Below are positions 28,451 to 38,865 of a DNA stretch of 64,000 nt, one piece after another. Origin of the DNA: Shigella phage ESh32. The DNA is taken from the sequence record ON528742; one strand, written 5' to 3'. Positions within the stretch are counted from its first letter, which is position 1; each line of letters begins with the position of its first letter. The notes beneath the pieces were generated by a model. That model saw nothing but the letters and a program-made list of their open reading frames with translations. It had not been told where the DNA came from and ran no database searches. A program made the translations under genes and the position numbers.

Positions 28451-30628
28451 ATGATTATCACCACTGAAAAAGAAACAATTCTTGGTAATGGTTCTAAATC
28501 AAAAGCATTTAGCATCACAGCATCTCCTAAAGTATTTAAAATTCTGTCATCTGATTTGTATACAAACAAGATTCGTGCAGTAGTCCGTGAATTGATTACC
28601 AACATGATTGATGCCCATGCACTCAATGGAAATCCTGAAAAATTTATCATTCAAGTTCCTGGACGTTTAGATCCACGATTTGTTTGCCGAGATTTTGGTC
28701 CGGGTATGAGTGATTTTGATATTCAGGGTGATGATAATTCTCCTGGTCTGTATAATTCATACTTCAGTTCATCTAAGGCTGAATCTAACGATTTCATTGG
28801 CGGATTTGGTTTAGGTTCTAAATCTCCGTTTAGTTATACTGATACATTTAGTATTACTTCGTGTCATAAAGGTGAAATTCGTGGTTATGTAGCTTACATG
28901 GATGGCGATGGTCCACAAATTAAACCTACATTCGTGAAAGAAATGGGTCCAGATGATAAAACTGGTATTGAAATCGTAGTTCCAGTTGAAGAAAAAGACT
29001 TTAGAAACTTTGCTTATGAAGTTTCTTATATCATGCGACCGTTCAAAGATATGGCTATTATTAATGGTCTTGACCGTGAAATTGATTATTTTCCGGATTT
29101 TGATGATTATTACGGTGTAAATCCAGAAAGATACTGGCCTGATCGTGGTGGATTATATGCTATCTATGGCGGTATTGTTTATCCTATCGATGGTGTTATT
29201 AGAGACCGTAACTGGCTAAGCATTCGCAATGAAGTGAATTACATTAAGTTTCCAATGGGTTCACTTGATATTGCTCCATCACGTGAAGCTCTTTCATTGG
29301 ATGATCGTACTCGTAAAAATATTATTGAACGAGTTAAAGAGCTTAGTGAGAAAGCATTTAATGAAGATGTAAAACGATTTAAAGAATCTACATCTCCCCG
29401 TCACACATATCGTGAATTGATGAAGATGGGGTATTCTGCTCGAGATTATATGATTAGTAATTCAGTCAAATTCACGACTAAAAATCTGTCATATAAAAAG
29501 ATGCAGAGCATGTTTGAACCTGACAGTAAGTTATGTAATGCAGGCGTGGTGTATGAAGTAAATCTTGACCCTCGACTGAAACGCATTAAGCAAAGCCATG
29601 AAACTTCAGCCGTTGCATCAAGTTATCGTCTGTTTGGTATTAATACAACAAAAATTAATATCGTTATTGATAATATTAAAAATCGTGTTAATATTGTCCG
29701 TGGATTAGCACATGCGTTAGATGATAGTGAATTTAATAACACTTTAAATATTCATCACAATGAGCGTCTTCTGTTTATTAATCCGGAAGTAGAATCGCAG
29801 ATTGATTTACTACCTGATATTATGGCAATGTTTGAAAGTGATGAAGTTAACATTCATTATTTGTCAGAAATTGAAGCTTTAGTTAAAAGCTATATTCCAA
29901 AGGTAGTTAAAAGTAAAGCTCCTCGTCCTAAAGCTGCTACAGCATTTAAATTTGAAATTAAAGATGGACGATGGGAAAAAGAGGAACTATTTACGCTCAC
30001 ATCAGAAGCAGATGAAATTACTGGTTATGTAGCGTATATGCATCGTTCTGATATTTTCTCTATGGATGGTACTACATCGCTTTGTCATCCATCTATGAAT
30101 ATTTTGATTCGTATGGCTAATCTTATTGGCATTAATGAATTTTATGTTATTCGTCCGCTTTTACAGAAAAAGGTAAAAGAACTCGGTCAGTGCCAATGTA
30201 TTTTTGAAGCTTTGCGTGATTTATATGTAGATGCTTTTGATGATGTAGATTATGATAAGTATGTAGGTTATTCAAGTTCAGCTCAACGATATATTGATAA
30301 AATTATCAAGTATCCTGAGCTAGATTTTATGATGAAGTACTTCAGTACAGATGAAGTTTCTGAAGAATATACACGACTCGCTAATATAGTTAGTTCATTG
30401 CGCGGTGTATATTTTAATGGTGGAAAAGATACCATCGGTCATGATATCTGGACAGTAACTAATCTTTTTGATGTATTATCAAATAATGCTTCAAAAAACA
30501 GTGATAAAATGGTTGCTGAGTTTACCAAGAAATTCCGTATTGTTTCCGACTTCATCGGATATCGCAACTCTTTAAGTGATGATGAAGTTTCCCAAATCGC
30601 TAAAACTATGAAGGCCCTTGCGGCCTAA
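28451..30628 (+). CDS. rIIA: rIIA protein
   Basis: 725 aa; synteny 39-rIIA-rIIB. Confidence 0.92.
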   Translation: MIITTEKETILGNGSKSKAFSITASPKVFKILSSDLYTNKIRAVVRELITNMIDAHALNGNPEKFIIQVPGRLDPRFVCRDFGPGMSDFDIQGDDNSPGLYNSYFSSSKAESNDFIGGFGLGSKSPFSYTDTFSITSCHKGEIRGYVAYMDGDGPQIKPTFVKEMGPDDKTGIEIVVPVEEKDFRNFAYEVSYIMRPFKDMAIINGLDREIDYFPDFDDYYGVNPERYWPDRGGLYAIYGGIVYPIDGVIRDRNWLSIRNEVNYIKFPMGSLDIAPSREALSLDDRTRKNIIERVKELSEKAFNEDVKRFKESTSPRHTYRELMKMGYSARDYMISNSVKFTTKNLSYKKMQSMFEPDSKLCNAGVVYEVNLDPRLKRIKQSHETSAVASSYRLFGINTTKINIVIDNIKNRVNIVRGLAHALDDSEFNNTLNIHHNERLLFINPEVESQIDLLPDIMAMFESDEVNIHYLSEIEALVKSYIPKVVKSKAPRPKAATAFKFEIKDGRWEKEELFTLTSEADEITGYVAYMHRSDIFSMDGTTSLCHPSMNILIRMANLIGINEFYVIRPLLQKKVKELGQCQCIFEALRDLYVDAFDDVDYDKYVGYSSSAQRYIDKIIKYPELDFMMKYFSTDEVSEEYTRLANIVSSLRGVYFNGGKDTIGHDIWTVTNLFDVLSNNASKNSDKMVAEFTKKFRIVSDFIGYRNSLSDDEVSQIAKTMKALAA

Positions 30629-30639
30629 TAAGGAAAATT

Positions 30640-31578
30640 ATGTACAATATTAAATGCCTGACCAAAAACGAACAAGCTGAAATTGTTAAACTGTATTCAA
30701 GCGGTAATTATACTCAGCAGGAATTGGCTGATTGGCAAGGTGTATCGGTTGATACAATCCGTCGTGTTTTGAAAAATGCTGAAGAAGCTAAACGCTCTAA
30801 AGTTACTATTAGCGGTGATATTACAGTTAAAGTTAATAGCGATGCAGTTATTGCTCCAGTTACTAAATCTGACATTATTTGGAATGCATCTAAAAAATTC
30901 ATTTCGATTACTGTCGATGGTGTAACTTATAATGCAACACCTAATACTCATTCAAACTTCCAGGAAATTCTCAATCTGCTTGTAGCGGATAAGCTGGAAG
31001 AAGCGGCACAAAAAATTAATGTTCGTCGCGCTGTTGAAAAATATATTTCCGGCGATGTTCGAATTGAAGGTGGAAGCTTATTCTATCAAAATATTGAATT
31101 GCGGTCTGGTTTGGTTGATCGTATTCTTGATTCGATGGAAAAAGGCGAAAACTTTGAATTTTATTTTCCGTTCTTGGAAAATCTGCTGGAAAACCCAAGC
31201 CAGAAAGCGGTATCTCGACTTTTTGATTTCTTGGTAGCAAACGATATTGAAATTACAGAAGATGGTTACTTCTATGCTTGGAAAGTAGTTCGCAATAATT
31301 ACTTTGACTGTCACTCAAATACCTTTGATAACAGTCCTGGTAAAGTAGTTAAAATGCCGCGTACTCGTGTGAATGACGATGATACACAAACTTGTTCTCG
31401 TGGTCTGCATGTGTGTTCTAAATCTTATATTCGTCACTTCGGTGGTTCAACCAGCCGAGTTGTAAAAGTTAAAGTTCATCCTCGTGATGTAGTATCAATT
31501 CCGATTGATTACAACGACGCTAAAATGCGTACCTGCCAATACGAAGTAATTGAAGACGTTACTGAACAATTTAAATAA
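30640..31578 (+). CDS. rIIB: rIIB protein
   Basis: 312 aa; AAGGAAAATTATG start region. Confidence 0.9.
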   Translation: MYNIKCLTKNEQAEIVKLYSSGNYTQQELADWQGVSVDTIRRVLKNAEEAKRSKVTISGDITVKVNSDAVIAPVTKSDIIWNASKKFISITVDGVTYNATPNTHSNFQEILNLLVADKLEEAAQKINVRRAVEKYISGDVRIEGGSLFYQNIELRSGLVDRILDSMEKGENFEFYFPFLENLLENPSQKAVSRLFDFLVANDIEITEDGYFYAWKVVRNNYFDCHSNTFDNSPGKVVKMPRTRVNDDDTQTCSRGLHVCSKSYIRHFGGSTSRVVKVKVHPRDVVSIPIDYNDAKMRTCQYEVIEDVTEQFK

Positions 31579-31592
31579 GGGCTTCGGCCCTT
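31573..31592 (+). repeat. 20-bp direct repeat copy 1 with hairpin AAGGGCTTCGGCCCTT
   Basis: identical to 31801-31820. Confidence 0.8.
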
Positions 31593-31606
31593 AACTAAGG
31601 AAAATT

Positions 31607-31801
31607 ATGTTAGGTTATCAAGCACGAGTAAAAGAAGAATACGATCAATTAATGCTCAAAATTAATGCACTGAGCAAATTTTTAGAAAGCGCAAAGTTTC
31701 TAACGGTTAGTGCAGTTGAGCAAGAACTGCTGCTTTCACAGTTCATCTCAATGAAATCTTATGCTGAGTGTCTAGAGAAAAGAATCGCACAATTCAAATA
31801 A
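31607..31801 (+). CDS. hypothetical protein (64 aa) bracketed by identical hairpins
   Basis: ORF ends QFK-stop like rIIB. Confidence 0.5.
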   Translation: MLGYQARVKEEYDQLMLKINALSKFLESAKFLTVSAVEQELLLSQFISMKSYAECLEKRIAQFK

Positions 31802-31820
31802 AATAAGGGCTTCGGCCCTT
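31801..31820 (+). repeat. 20-bp direct repeat copy 2 with hairpin
   Basis: identical to 31573-31592. Confidence 0.8.
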
Positions 31821-31864
31821 TTGTTTTAAGAGAAATTATGATTCCGACATAAAGGAAAGTCTAA

Positions 31865-32422
31865 ATGCAGAAAACGAATCCAGGTTTACAGAGACTATTT
31901 CAGATTCCGTCATTTACCCTATCGAACGGTGACTTGACCAATGAAATGAAGGTCAAAATTGCTGATACTGCAAGATACTCTTTAAAACAAAACCCGAACC
32001 AGGATAAAGCAGAAGTTATCGAAAGATGCCGTATCGCTGTGTACGCAGAGTTTTTTGTGGCAGATTGGCTAAGCGGATATGTCAATAAAGGCCAAGAAAA
32101 TGTCGATGATCCGTACACGTATGCATGGGATGTTTTAGCGCATCCAAAATATTGCGGGCTTCGTGTAGAAGTCAAAACACATCAAACTGACTCGCGTTGG
32201 ATTTCGGTAACAACGGGATGCAGCGGAGAGTATCCATATGGTTCTGGAATAAATTTAGGGCCCATTCTAAATCATCAAGTCGCTGACTGTATAATTATAT
32301 TCAACACTAAAGAAATTCATCCAGGTGTCATCCAGTACACTCCGAAGTTCATCGGTGACAGAGAAGACCTTCGTAAGGTTGTAAGAAAAAGCAACTACAA
32401 CGGATGGTATCTTTCCATTTAA
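31865..32422 (+). CDS. denB: endonuclease IV DenB
   Basis: 185 aa; synteny after rIIB. Confidence 0.75.
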   Translation: MQKTNPGLQRLFQIPSFTLSNGDLTNEMKVKIADTARYSLKQNPNQDKAEVIERCRIAVYAEFFVADWLSGYVNKGQENVDDPYTYAWDVLAHPKYCGLRVEVKTHQTDSRWISVTTGCSGEYPYGSGINLGPILNHQVADCIIIFNTKEIHPGVIQYTPKFIGDREDLRKVVRKSNYNGWYLSI

Positions 32423-32438
32423 AAATTTTCACAAAACG

Positions 32439-32468
32439 GTTTACATACCACAAGGACTGTGGTAATAT
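32439..32468 (+). promoter_or_regulatory. early promoter (GTTTAC, 18 bp, TAATAT)
   Basis: consensus hexamers. Confidence 0.6.
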
Positions 32469-32502
32469 ACAACTATCAACTGATACGGATTTGGAGAATA
32501 AA

Positions 32503-32709
32503 ATGTTTACTACAGCTGAATTAAAACGAGCAAAAGCTAAGAAAGGGCAAGGAAAATATAAAGCTGAATTAGTTAAAGAACTTCAGTTTGCTGAGGCTGA
32601 ATTGAATTCAATGATTATTCAAAATGCTCCAGAAACTGAAATTGCTCTTAAACGTATTGCGAATAAGTGTCTTCGTGATGCAATCGTCGATCTTTTAGCG
32701 GATTATTGA
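32503..32709 (+). CDS. hypothetical protein (68 aa)
   Basis: ATG after conserved leader GGAGAATAAA. Confidence 0.5.
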   Translation: MFTTAELKRAKAKKGQGKYKAELVKELQFAEAELNSMIIQNAPETEIALKRIANKCLRDAIVDLLADY

Positions 32710-32820
32710 GTAAAATGAAAATCGTTGAGATTGAACTATGAGTTCATTATGGTGGTGTTTTGTTTGGTTAATTAGTATTCCATTAATTTGTTTAACATTT
32801 ACTTTTGTGATGAGGTTATT

Positions 32821-32919
32821 ATGAAAATTTTTAATTCTGTACTTATTGCTTGCGCGTGGTGGGTTGCGCAAGTTTCAGCGGTAGTAGTTGGTATTCACAT
32901 TTATTACGAATATTTTTAA
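32821..32919 (+). CDS. hydrophobic micro-ORF (32 aa)
   Basis: SD GAGG; TM-like. Confidence 0.35.
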   Translation: MKIFNSVLIACAWWVAQVSAVVVGIHIYYEYF

Positions 32920-32925
32920 AAAGTG

Positions 32926-32955
32926 GTTTACAAGACTGTTCCTCCGTGGTACTAT
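32926..32955 (+). promoter_or_regulatory. early promoter (GTTTAC, 18 bp, TACTAT)
   Basis: consensus hexamers. Confidence 0.6.
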
Positions 32956-32983
32956 TACCCTATCAACTACGGAGGAACAGAAA

Positions 32984-33097
32984 ATGAAAAAGATTATTAA
33001 AGCTATATGGAATGTAGTTATAATACTAATAGTTTTGAGTATATTCCCAATCGTTTTAATGATTGATGTATTAAACGTTTATTTTGGATTTATGTGA
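32984..33097 (+). CDS. hydrophobic micro-ORF (37 aa)
   Basis: SD GGAGG; TM-like. Confidence 0.4.
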   Translation: MKKIIKAIWNVVIILIVLSIFPIVLMIDVLNVYFGFM

Positions 33098-33104
33098 GGA
33101 AAAT

Positions 33105-33302
33105 ATGAAGCGTAAACGCAGTGCTTTTACATTTATTGAATGGTTTTTCGATAATATTTTTCCGGCTTTATTCATTTTCATGCTGATTTTTGCCTTAGGT
33201 TCAGTTGTAGTTGGAATCTATTTGATGGCGGTAGTCGGAATGGACATTCATCAAAATGGTTTAAAATCCGTAGTTGAAACAATTTGGAATGGTGTAAAAT
33301 GA
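33105..33302 (+). CDS. small membrane protein (65 aa)
   Basis: SD GAGGAAAA; TM-like. Confidence 0.45.
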   Translation: MKRKRSAFTFIEWFFDNIFPALFIFMLIFALGSVVVGIYLMAVVGMDIHQNGLKSVVETIWNGVK

Positions 33303-33409
33303 TGAATTTGCTGAGCGGTTGGTTTTATATTCTTATGTTTTACATTGGTGCAAATTTTCCATATTGGATGGGATGGTCAACAACTGCATTTGGGTTTTAT
33401 ACTCCCTGA
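33299..33409 (+). CDS. hydrophobic micro-ORF (36 aa)
   Basis: ATG overlapping previous stop. Confidence 0.35.
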   Translation: MMNLLSGWFYILMFYIGANFPYWMGWSTTAFGFYTP

Positions 33410-33417
33410 GGTGAATT

Positions 33418-33633
33418 ATGAAAATTTTTAAAGATGTAAAAGTTGGCGAAATTTTTTGCTTGAATAGTGGTGATCAGTTAATTCGTATTTCACCTCTTAA
33501 GAGCACCAGCGAGAAAATGACAGTTAACGCTACTTTAGCAAATAACAGTAATGAACGTTTCTGTATTGAAAATGATACTGAAACTTATACCGTAGAAGAA
33601 TTCTGGGAATTGAGCGTCGACTGCGACGAGTAA
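33418..33633 (+). CDS. hypothetical protein (71 aa)
   Basis: SD GAGGTGAATT-ATG. Confidence 0.5.
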   Translation: MKIFKDVKVGEIFCLNSGDQLIRISPLKSTSEKMTVNATLANNSNERFCIENDTETYTVEEFWELSVDCDE

Positions 33634-33693
33634 TTTAATGGCCGTGTGTATTCATGCGGCCTTGGAGTAGAAAATAATTTAGAGGAAATTAAT

Positions 33694-34152
33694 ATGAAAT
33701 ACATGACTGTTACTGATCTGAATAATGCAGGCGCTACTGTTATTGGCACAATCAAGGGCGGTGAATGGTTTTTGGGAACTCCGCATAAAGACATTTTATC
33801 TAAACCTGGATTTTACTTTTTAGTAAGTAAATTAGATGGTCGTCCATTTAGTAATCCATGTGTGTCTGCACGATTTTATGTAGGTAATCAGCGTTCTAAG
33901 CAAGGATTCAGTGCAGTTCTAAGTCATATTCGTCAACGTCGGTCTCAGCTTGCACGTACTATTGCAAATAACAATGTTCCATACACAGTATTTTATCTGC
34001 CTGCTTCTAAGATGAAACCTCTGACGACGGGATTTGGAAAAGGACAGTTAGCTTTAGCGTTTACTCGTAATCATCATTCTGAGTATCAAACACTTGAAGA
34101 AATGAACCGTATGTTGGCTGATAATTTTAAATTCGTTTTGCAGGCATATTAA
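33694..34152 (+). CDS. ndd: nucleoid disruption protein Ndd
   Basis: 152 aa; synteny. Confidence 0.75.
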
Positions 34153-34232
34153 TGAGTAATTTCCACAACGAACACGTGATGCAGTTCTATCGTAATAATC
34201 TTAAAACTAAAGGCGTCTTCGGACGCCAGTGA
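34152..34232 (+). CDS. stp: Stp peptide (26 aa)
   Basis: [26 protein letters not shown] recognised as T4 Stp. Confidence 0.8.
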
Positions 34233-34239
34233 GGAAAAT

Positions 34240-34398
34240 ATGAATATCGCAAAATTATTAGGAGTTATTTCATTTATTTGTTGGATAGTAGCATGTGTTT
34301 TAACTATCTGTATCGATGCCAGCAGCGTGTTTTCGCAAGCTTTAGCCCAGGGTATGTGTGCATATTTAACATTTGTGTTGTTATCTACTAATGATTAA
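34240..34398 (+). CDS. small membrane protein (52 aa; ac-like position)
   Basis: SD GAGGAAAA; TM-like. Confidence 0.5.
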   Translation: MNIAKLLGVISFICWIVACVLTICIDASSVFSQALAQGMCAYLTFVLLSTND

Positions 34399-34531
34399 GA
34401 AAATCTTGGGCTATTCATTAGCCCTTGCTACTTTATTGGTAGCACTATATTATGGAGTAATATTCGGATTAATTCAAGTCGTGCTTTTCATTTCTGATGT
34501 TATTATGGCACTACATTCACTAGTATGGTAA
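34391..34531 (+). CDS. hydrophobic micro-ORF (46 aa)
   Basis: overlapping start, TM-like. Confidence 0.4.
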   Translation: MIKKILGYSLALATLLVALYYGVIFGLIQVVLFISDVIMALHSLVW

Positions 34532-34535
34532 ATTT

Positions 34536-35864
34536 ATGCAACTGAATAATCGCGATTTAAAAAGTATCATTGATAATGAAGCATTGGCTTATGCTATGTA
34601 CACGGTTGAAAATCGTGCTATCCCAAATATGATTGATGGATTTAAGCCAGTTCAACGATTTGTTATTGCTCGAGCTCTTGATTTGGCACGAGGAAATAAA
34701 GATAAGTTTCACAAACTCGCTTCTATCGCAGGTGGTGTAGCGGACCTTGGATATCATCATGGCGAAAACTCTGCACAAGACGCAGGTGCTTTGATGGCTA
34801 ACACTTGGAATAATAACTTTCCTCTGTTAGATGGTCAAGGAAACTTCGGTTCTCGTACCGTTCAAAAAGCAGCGGCAAGTCGTTATATTTTTGCTCGTGT
34901 AAGTAAAAATTTCTATAACGTATATAAAGATACTGAGTATGCTCCGGTACATCAAGATAAAGAACACATTCCGCCTGCTTTCTATTTGCCTATTATTCCT
35001 ACTGTTCTTCTTAATGGCGTTTCCGGTATTGCAACTGGTTATGCAACTTACATTCTTCCTCATAGCGTTTCTTCTGTTAAGAAAGCTGTATTACAAGCTC
35101 TTCAAGGAAAGAAAGTAACTAAACCGAAGGTAGAATTCCCAGAATTTCGTGGTGAAGTCGTTGAAATTGATGGGCAATATGAAATTCGTGGAACATATAA
35201 GTTTACTTCACGAACTCAAATGCATATCACTGAGATTCCGTATAAGTATGATCGTGAAACTTATGTGAGTAAAATCTTAGACCCACTTGAAGATAAAGGC
35301 TTCATTACATGGGATGATGCTTGTGGTGAGCACGGCTTCGGCTTTAAAGTTAAATTCCGTAAAGAATATTCTTTGAGCGATAACGAAGAAGAACGCCATG
35401 CAAAAATTATGAAAGACTTTGGGTTGATTGAGCGTCGTTCTCAGAATATTACCGTCATTAATGAGAAAGGAAAGCTACAAGTTTACGATAACGTAGTTGA
35501 TTTAATTAAAGATTTCGTTGAAGTTCGTAAAACTTATGTCCAAAAACGAATTGATAACAAAATTAAAGAAACTGAGTCAGCTTTTCGTTTAGCCTTTGCC
35601 AAGGCACATTTCATTAAGAAAGTAATTTCAGGTGAAATTGTTGTACAGGGTAAAACTCGTAAAGAACTGACCGAAGAACTTTCGAAAATCGATATGTATT
35701 CTTCTTATGTTGATAAATTAGTTGGAATGAATATTTTTCATATGACTTCCGACGAAGCAAAGAAACTTGCTGAAGAAGCTAAAGCTAAAAAAGAAGAAAA
35801 CGAATATTGGAAAACTACTGATGTAGTTACTGAATACACCAAAGATTTAGAGGAAATCAAATGA
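34536..35864 (+). CDS. 52: topoisomerase II medium subunit gp52 (GyrA-like)
   Basis: 442 aa. Confidence 0.92.
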   Translation: MQLNNRDLKSIIDNEALAYAMYTVENRAIPNMIDGFKPVQRFVIARALDLARGNKDKFHKLASIAGGVADLGYHHGENSAQDAGALMANTWNNNFPLLDGQGNFGSRTVQKAAASRYIFARVSKNFYNVYKDTEYAPVHQDKEHIPPAFYLPIIPTVLLNGVSGIATGYATYILPHSVSSVKKAVLQALQGKKVTKPKVEFPEFRGEVVEIDGQYEIRGTYKFTSRTQMHITEIPYKYDRETYVSKILDPLEDKGFITWDDACGEHGFGFKVKFRKEYSLSDNEEERHAKIMKDFGLIERRSQNITVINEKGKLQVYDNVVDLIKDFVEVRKTYVQKRIDNKIKETESAFRLAFAKAHFIKKVISGEIVVQGKTRKELTEELSKIDMYSSYVDKLVGMNIFHMTSDEAKKLAEEAKAKKEENEYWKTTDVVTEYTKDLEEIK

Positions 35865-36010
35865 GTCCATTCATTGGTATTACAAGCGCTGCATTAGTAT
35901 CTGGTAGCATTTTACTGGCGGGTTTAGGCGTTGTTCCAGCCGTAGCAGGAGGTCTTCTTGCGTTCGGAATTCAACGTGTTATCATGACAGTTATCACAGT
36001 CATGCAGTAA
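35861..36010 (+). CDS. small membrane protein (49 aa)
   Basis: ATGA overlap with gp52 stop; followed by terminator. Confidence 0.45.
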   Translation: MSPFIGITSAALVSGSILLAGLGVVPAVAGGLLAFGIQRVIMTVITVMQ

Positions 36011-36066
36011 TTTTAGGGAGAGCCTCGGCTCTCCCTTTTTTATTTTAAAATTTTTTTCACAAAACG

Positions 36067-36096
36067 GTTTACAACCAAAGCATACTGTGGTACTAT
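36067..36096 (+). promoter_or_regulatory. early promoter (GTTTAC, 18 bp, TACTAT)
   Basis: consensus hexamers. Confidence 0.6.
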
Positions 36097-36137
36097 ACAA
36101 CTATCAACTACTGATACAGAATTACGGAGATTAGAAA

Positions 36138-36773
36138 ATGTCTAAAGTAACTTACATCATCAAAGCTTCTAACGATGTTCTGAATGAAAAAACTGCTGCG
36201 ATTTTAATTACTATTGCTAAGAAAGATTTCATTACAGCTGCAGAAGTTCGTGAGGTGCATCCATATTTAGGTAACGCAGTAGTTAATAGTAATATTGGGG
36301 TATTGATTAAAAAAGGCCTGGTGGAGAAATCTGGTGATGGATTAATCATTACAGGTGAAGCTCAGGATATTATTTCAAATGCAGCAACTTTATACGCACA
36401 GGAAAATGCTCCGGAACTGCTGAAAAAACGAGCAACTCGTAAAGCTCGTGAGATTACTTCCGATATGGAAGAAGATAAAGACCTCATGTTAAAACTTTTA
36501 GATGAAAATGGATTTGTTCTTAAAAAGGTTGAAACTTACCGCAGTAACTATCTCGCTATTTTAGAAAAACGTACTCACGGAATTCGTAATTTTGAAATTA
36601 ACAACAATGGAAATATGCGAATTTTTGGATACAAAATGATGGAACATCATATTCAGAAATTTACTGATATCGGAATGTCATGTAAAATCGCTAAAAACGG
36701 TAATGTGTATCTTGACATTAAACGCTCGGCAGAAAACATTGAAGCTGTAATCACTGTAGCATCTGAACTGTGA
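36138..36773 (+). CDS. motA: middle transcription activator MotA
   Basis: 211 aa, recognised sequence. Confidence 0.9.
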   Translation: MSKVTYIIKASNDVLNEKTAAILITIAKKDFITAAEVREVHPYLGNAVVNSNIGVLIKKGLVEKSGDGLIITGEAQDIISNAATLYAQENAPELLKKRATRKAREITSDMEEDKDLMLKLLDENGFVLKKVETYRSNYLAILEKRTHGIRNFEINNNGNMRIFGYKMMEHHIQKFTDIGMSCKIAKNGNVYLDIKRSAENIEAVITVASEL

Positions 36774-36783
36774 GGAATAAATA

Positions 36784-37113
36784 ATGAACAAGTTAGAAAT
36801 TGTTAATGAACTTCGTCGTTGCGCAGAACCTACTCAAGAGGGTTGGGATATTTGGTACCATGGAGCTTATCTTGGAACTATCGTAAAGATTAAGACTGGT
36901 AAATACATGATTATTCGTGAAAGTAAAGATGCTCCAGTAGGTATTCGCAATAATTTTATGGCAGCGATAAGTTCATTTACGGATGCAGCTTACGAAATTT
37001 ACCTTGCCGATTATAAAGAATTCCAGGAATCTCAACCAGTTATTCGTTCAATTGGTGTCAACAAAGCTCAGCAGAAAACTTTGTGGCAGCGTATTAAAGG
37101 ATGGTTTAAATGA
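36784..37113 (+). CDS. hypothetical protein (109 aa)
   Basis: ORF. Confidence 0.55.
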   Translation: MNKLEIVNELRRCAEPTQEGWDIWYHGAYLGTIVKIKTGKYMIIRESKDAPVGIRNNFMAAISSFTDAAYEIYLADYKEFQESQPVIRSIGVNKAQQKTLWQRIKGWFK

Positions 37114-37571
37114 ACCCATTTATTAATCGTTTAAAAATGCTGAATGTGCCTTTATCTCGTGAGACTCCGGAGAGTCTTGTTCAAAAATTTAAAGCGCATG
37201 GTTATAAATGCACAGAAGAAGATATTCTGAAAGAAGTTCCTGAAATCTGTTGGCAGACTGCATACTGGGATGAAAATCAAAAGTATCAACGACGAATTGT
37301 CTGTGCAGCTAATCGTTTTAAATTAAAAGATGGACGAACTCTTATTATTCCAGGTGCTCGTCATTATTCTAAAGATATGGCAGAAGTTTTAGATGTAGTT
37401 AAACCTCAGTTAGTTACTCAACAAGTTTGTGATGATGACCAAGGGTTTATTGACCAATATAGTAATTATTGGACACGTGAAGAAGCAATGATTATTGCAA
37501 CTTATGCTGGGCAGGTGCGTATTGAACGTGGTGGTAGTGAAAAAGAACTTTACTCTGAGGACCTTTACTAA
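37110..37571 (+). CDS. hypothetical protein (153 aa)
   Basis: ORF. Confidence 0.55.
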   Translation: MNPFINRLKMLNVPLSRETPESLVQKFKAHGYKCTEEDILKEVPEICWQTAYWDENQKYQRRIVCAANRFKLKDGRTLIIPGARHYSKDMAEVLDVVKPQLVTQQVCDDDQGFIDQYSNYWTREEAMIIATYAGQVRIERGGSEKELYSEDLY

Positions 37572-37867
37572 TGAATATTAAAAAGTTTCAAATTGATGGA
37601 ATTAAGAATCAAATCCAGGCGTTGGAATATGCCAATAAAATGATGTCAACTAATTGGGGAATTTATGCTAATGAGCCTGCATTTCAGTTTTGTGATATGG
37701 AATTAACTAAAAAGCTTGTAGGAAAAGATTATGTGTGTCCATTTAGTTCTCCAGTAAATGGAATGCTAAAACCTGCTTTACGCGATCTTTATATTGCGAT
37801 GAACGAAGAGATGATAAAAGAGATAAAACGTCAACTGAAGGTGATTCAATTTGGCCAGGGAAATTAA
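37571..37867 (+). CDS. hypothetical protein (98 aa)
   Basis: ORF. Confidence 0.55.
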   Translation: MNIKKFQIDGIKNQIQALEYANKMMSTNWGIYANEPAFQFCDMELTKKLVGKDYVCPFSSPVNGMLKPALRDLYIAMNEEMIKEIKRQLKVIQFGQGN

Positions 37868-38069
37868 TTCAAAATCTGATTATTTTAATTCTCTCAATGA
37901 TAAAGATAAAAATCTAATACGGCATTTTATTGTTGAGATGGGATATACCGATACAAACGATTTAAGAGAACATATATTTGAATGTGGTGTAGCTAAAAAG
38001 TTTTCATTCACATGCAAATGTTTAAGAGAGGTAATTCAGCATTATGAACAATTTAGTCGCAAAACATAA
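37851..38069 (+). CDS. hypothetical protein (72 aa)
   Basis: ORF. Confidence 0.45.
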   Translation: MAREINSKSDYFNSLNDKDKNLIRHFIVEMGYTDTNDLREHIFECGVAKKFSFTCKCLREVIQHYEQFSRKT

Positions 38070-38152
38070 TTTTAATAAAGCTTCTGTTCATAAGGATAAG
38101 AAGAAAGCGTTTAAAGAATCTAATCGCAAACAGAAACATAAGGGGAAGGTCT

Positions 38153-38431
38153 ATGATTATTGATTCTCAGTCCGTGGTTCAATACACAATCAAAATTGAT
38201 ATTCTAGAAAAGCTATATAAGTTTCTACCAAATTTATACCACTCAATTGTTAATGAATTAGTTGAAGAACTACATCTTGAGAATAATGATTTCTTGATTG
38301 GAACTTATAAAGACCTCTCAAAAGCAGGATATTTTTATGTAATTCCAGCTCCAGGAAAAAGTATTGATGATGTATTAAAAACTATAATGATTTACGTCCA
38401 TGATTACGAAATTGAAGATTATTTCGAATGA
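38153..38431 (+). CDS. arn: anti-restriction protein Arn
   Basis: 92 aa; synteny next to asiA. Confidence 0.75.
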   Translation: MIIDSQSVVQYTIKIDILEKLYKFLPNLYHSIVNELVEELHLENNDFLIGTYKDLSKAGYFYVIPAPGKSIDDVLKTIMIYVHDYEIEDYFE

Positions 38432-38580
38432 GTCATAATCTTGAAATGGTAATCGAGCATAATGTAGCTCAGGAACGTGAGTCGTTCAAGGAATTCGTAG
38501 AAAAAATTTTTGAAGAAAATAACACAGACCAGTTTACAAATCAAGCGTCTGATGATATTATAACAAAGTCAACTAATTGA
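38428..38580 (+). CDS. hypothetical protein (50 aa)
   Basis: ATGA overlap. Confidence 0.4.
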   Translation: MSHNLEMVIEHNVAQERESFKEFVEKIFEENNTDQFTNQASDDIITKSTN

Positions 38581-38592
38581 GTGGTATAGTTA

Positions 38593-38865
38593 ATGAATAA
38601 AAATATTGATACAGTTCGTGAAATTATTACTGTTGCGTCTATTTTGATTAAATTTTCCAGAGAAGATATTGTTGAGAATCGTGCTAATTTTATTGCATTT
38701 CTGAATGAGATTGGAGTAACGCATGAAGGTAGAAAATTAAATCAGAATTCATTCCGTAAAATTGTTTCTGAATTAACCCAAGAAGATAAGAAAACCCTCA
38801 TCGACGAATTCAACGAGGGTTTTGAGGGTGTATATCGATATCTAGAGATGTATACAAACAAATAA
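38593..38865 (+). CDS. asiA: anti-sigma-70 factor AsiA
   Basis: 90 aa, recognised sequence. Confidence 0.9.
   Translation: MNKNIDTVREIITVASILIKFSREDIVENRANFIAFLNEIGVTHEGRKLNQNSFRKIVSELTQEDKKTLIDEFNEGFEGVYRYLEMYTNK

Noticed and set aside
32888-33097. Six-frame ORF starts placed upstream of promoters (for example 32888, 33084, 6113, 21827, 58127 using TTG/GTG)
   Set aside because: These extended N-termini run through promoter sequences; internal ATGs preceded by GAGG-type ribosome-binding sites were used instead.
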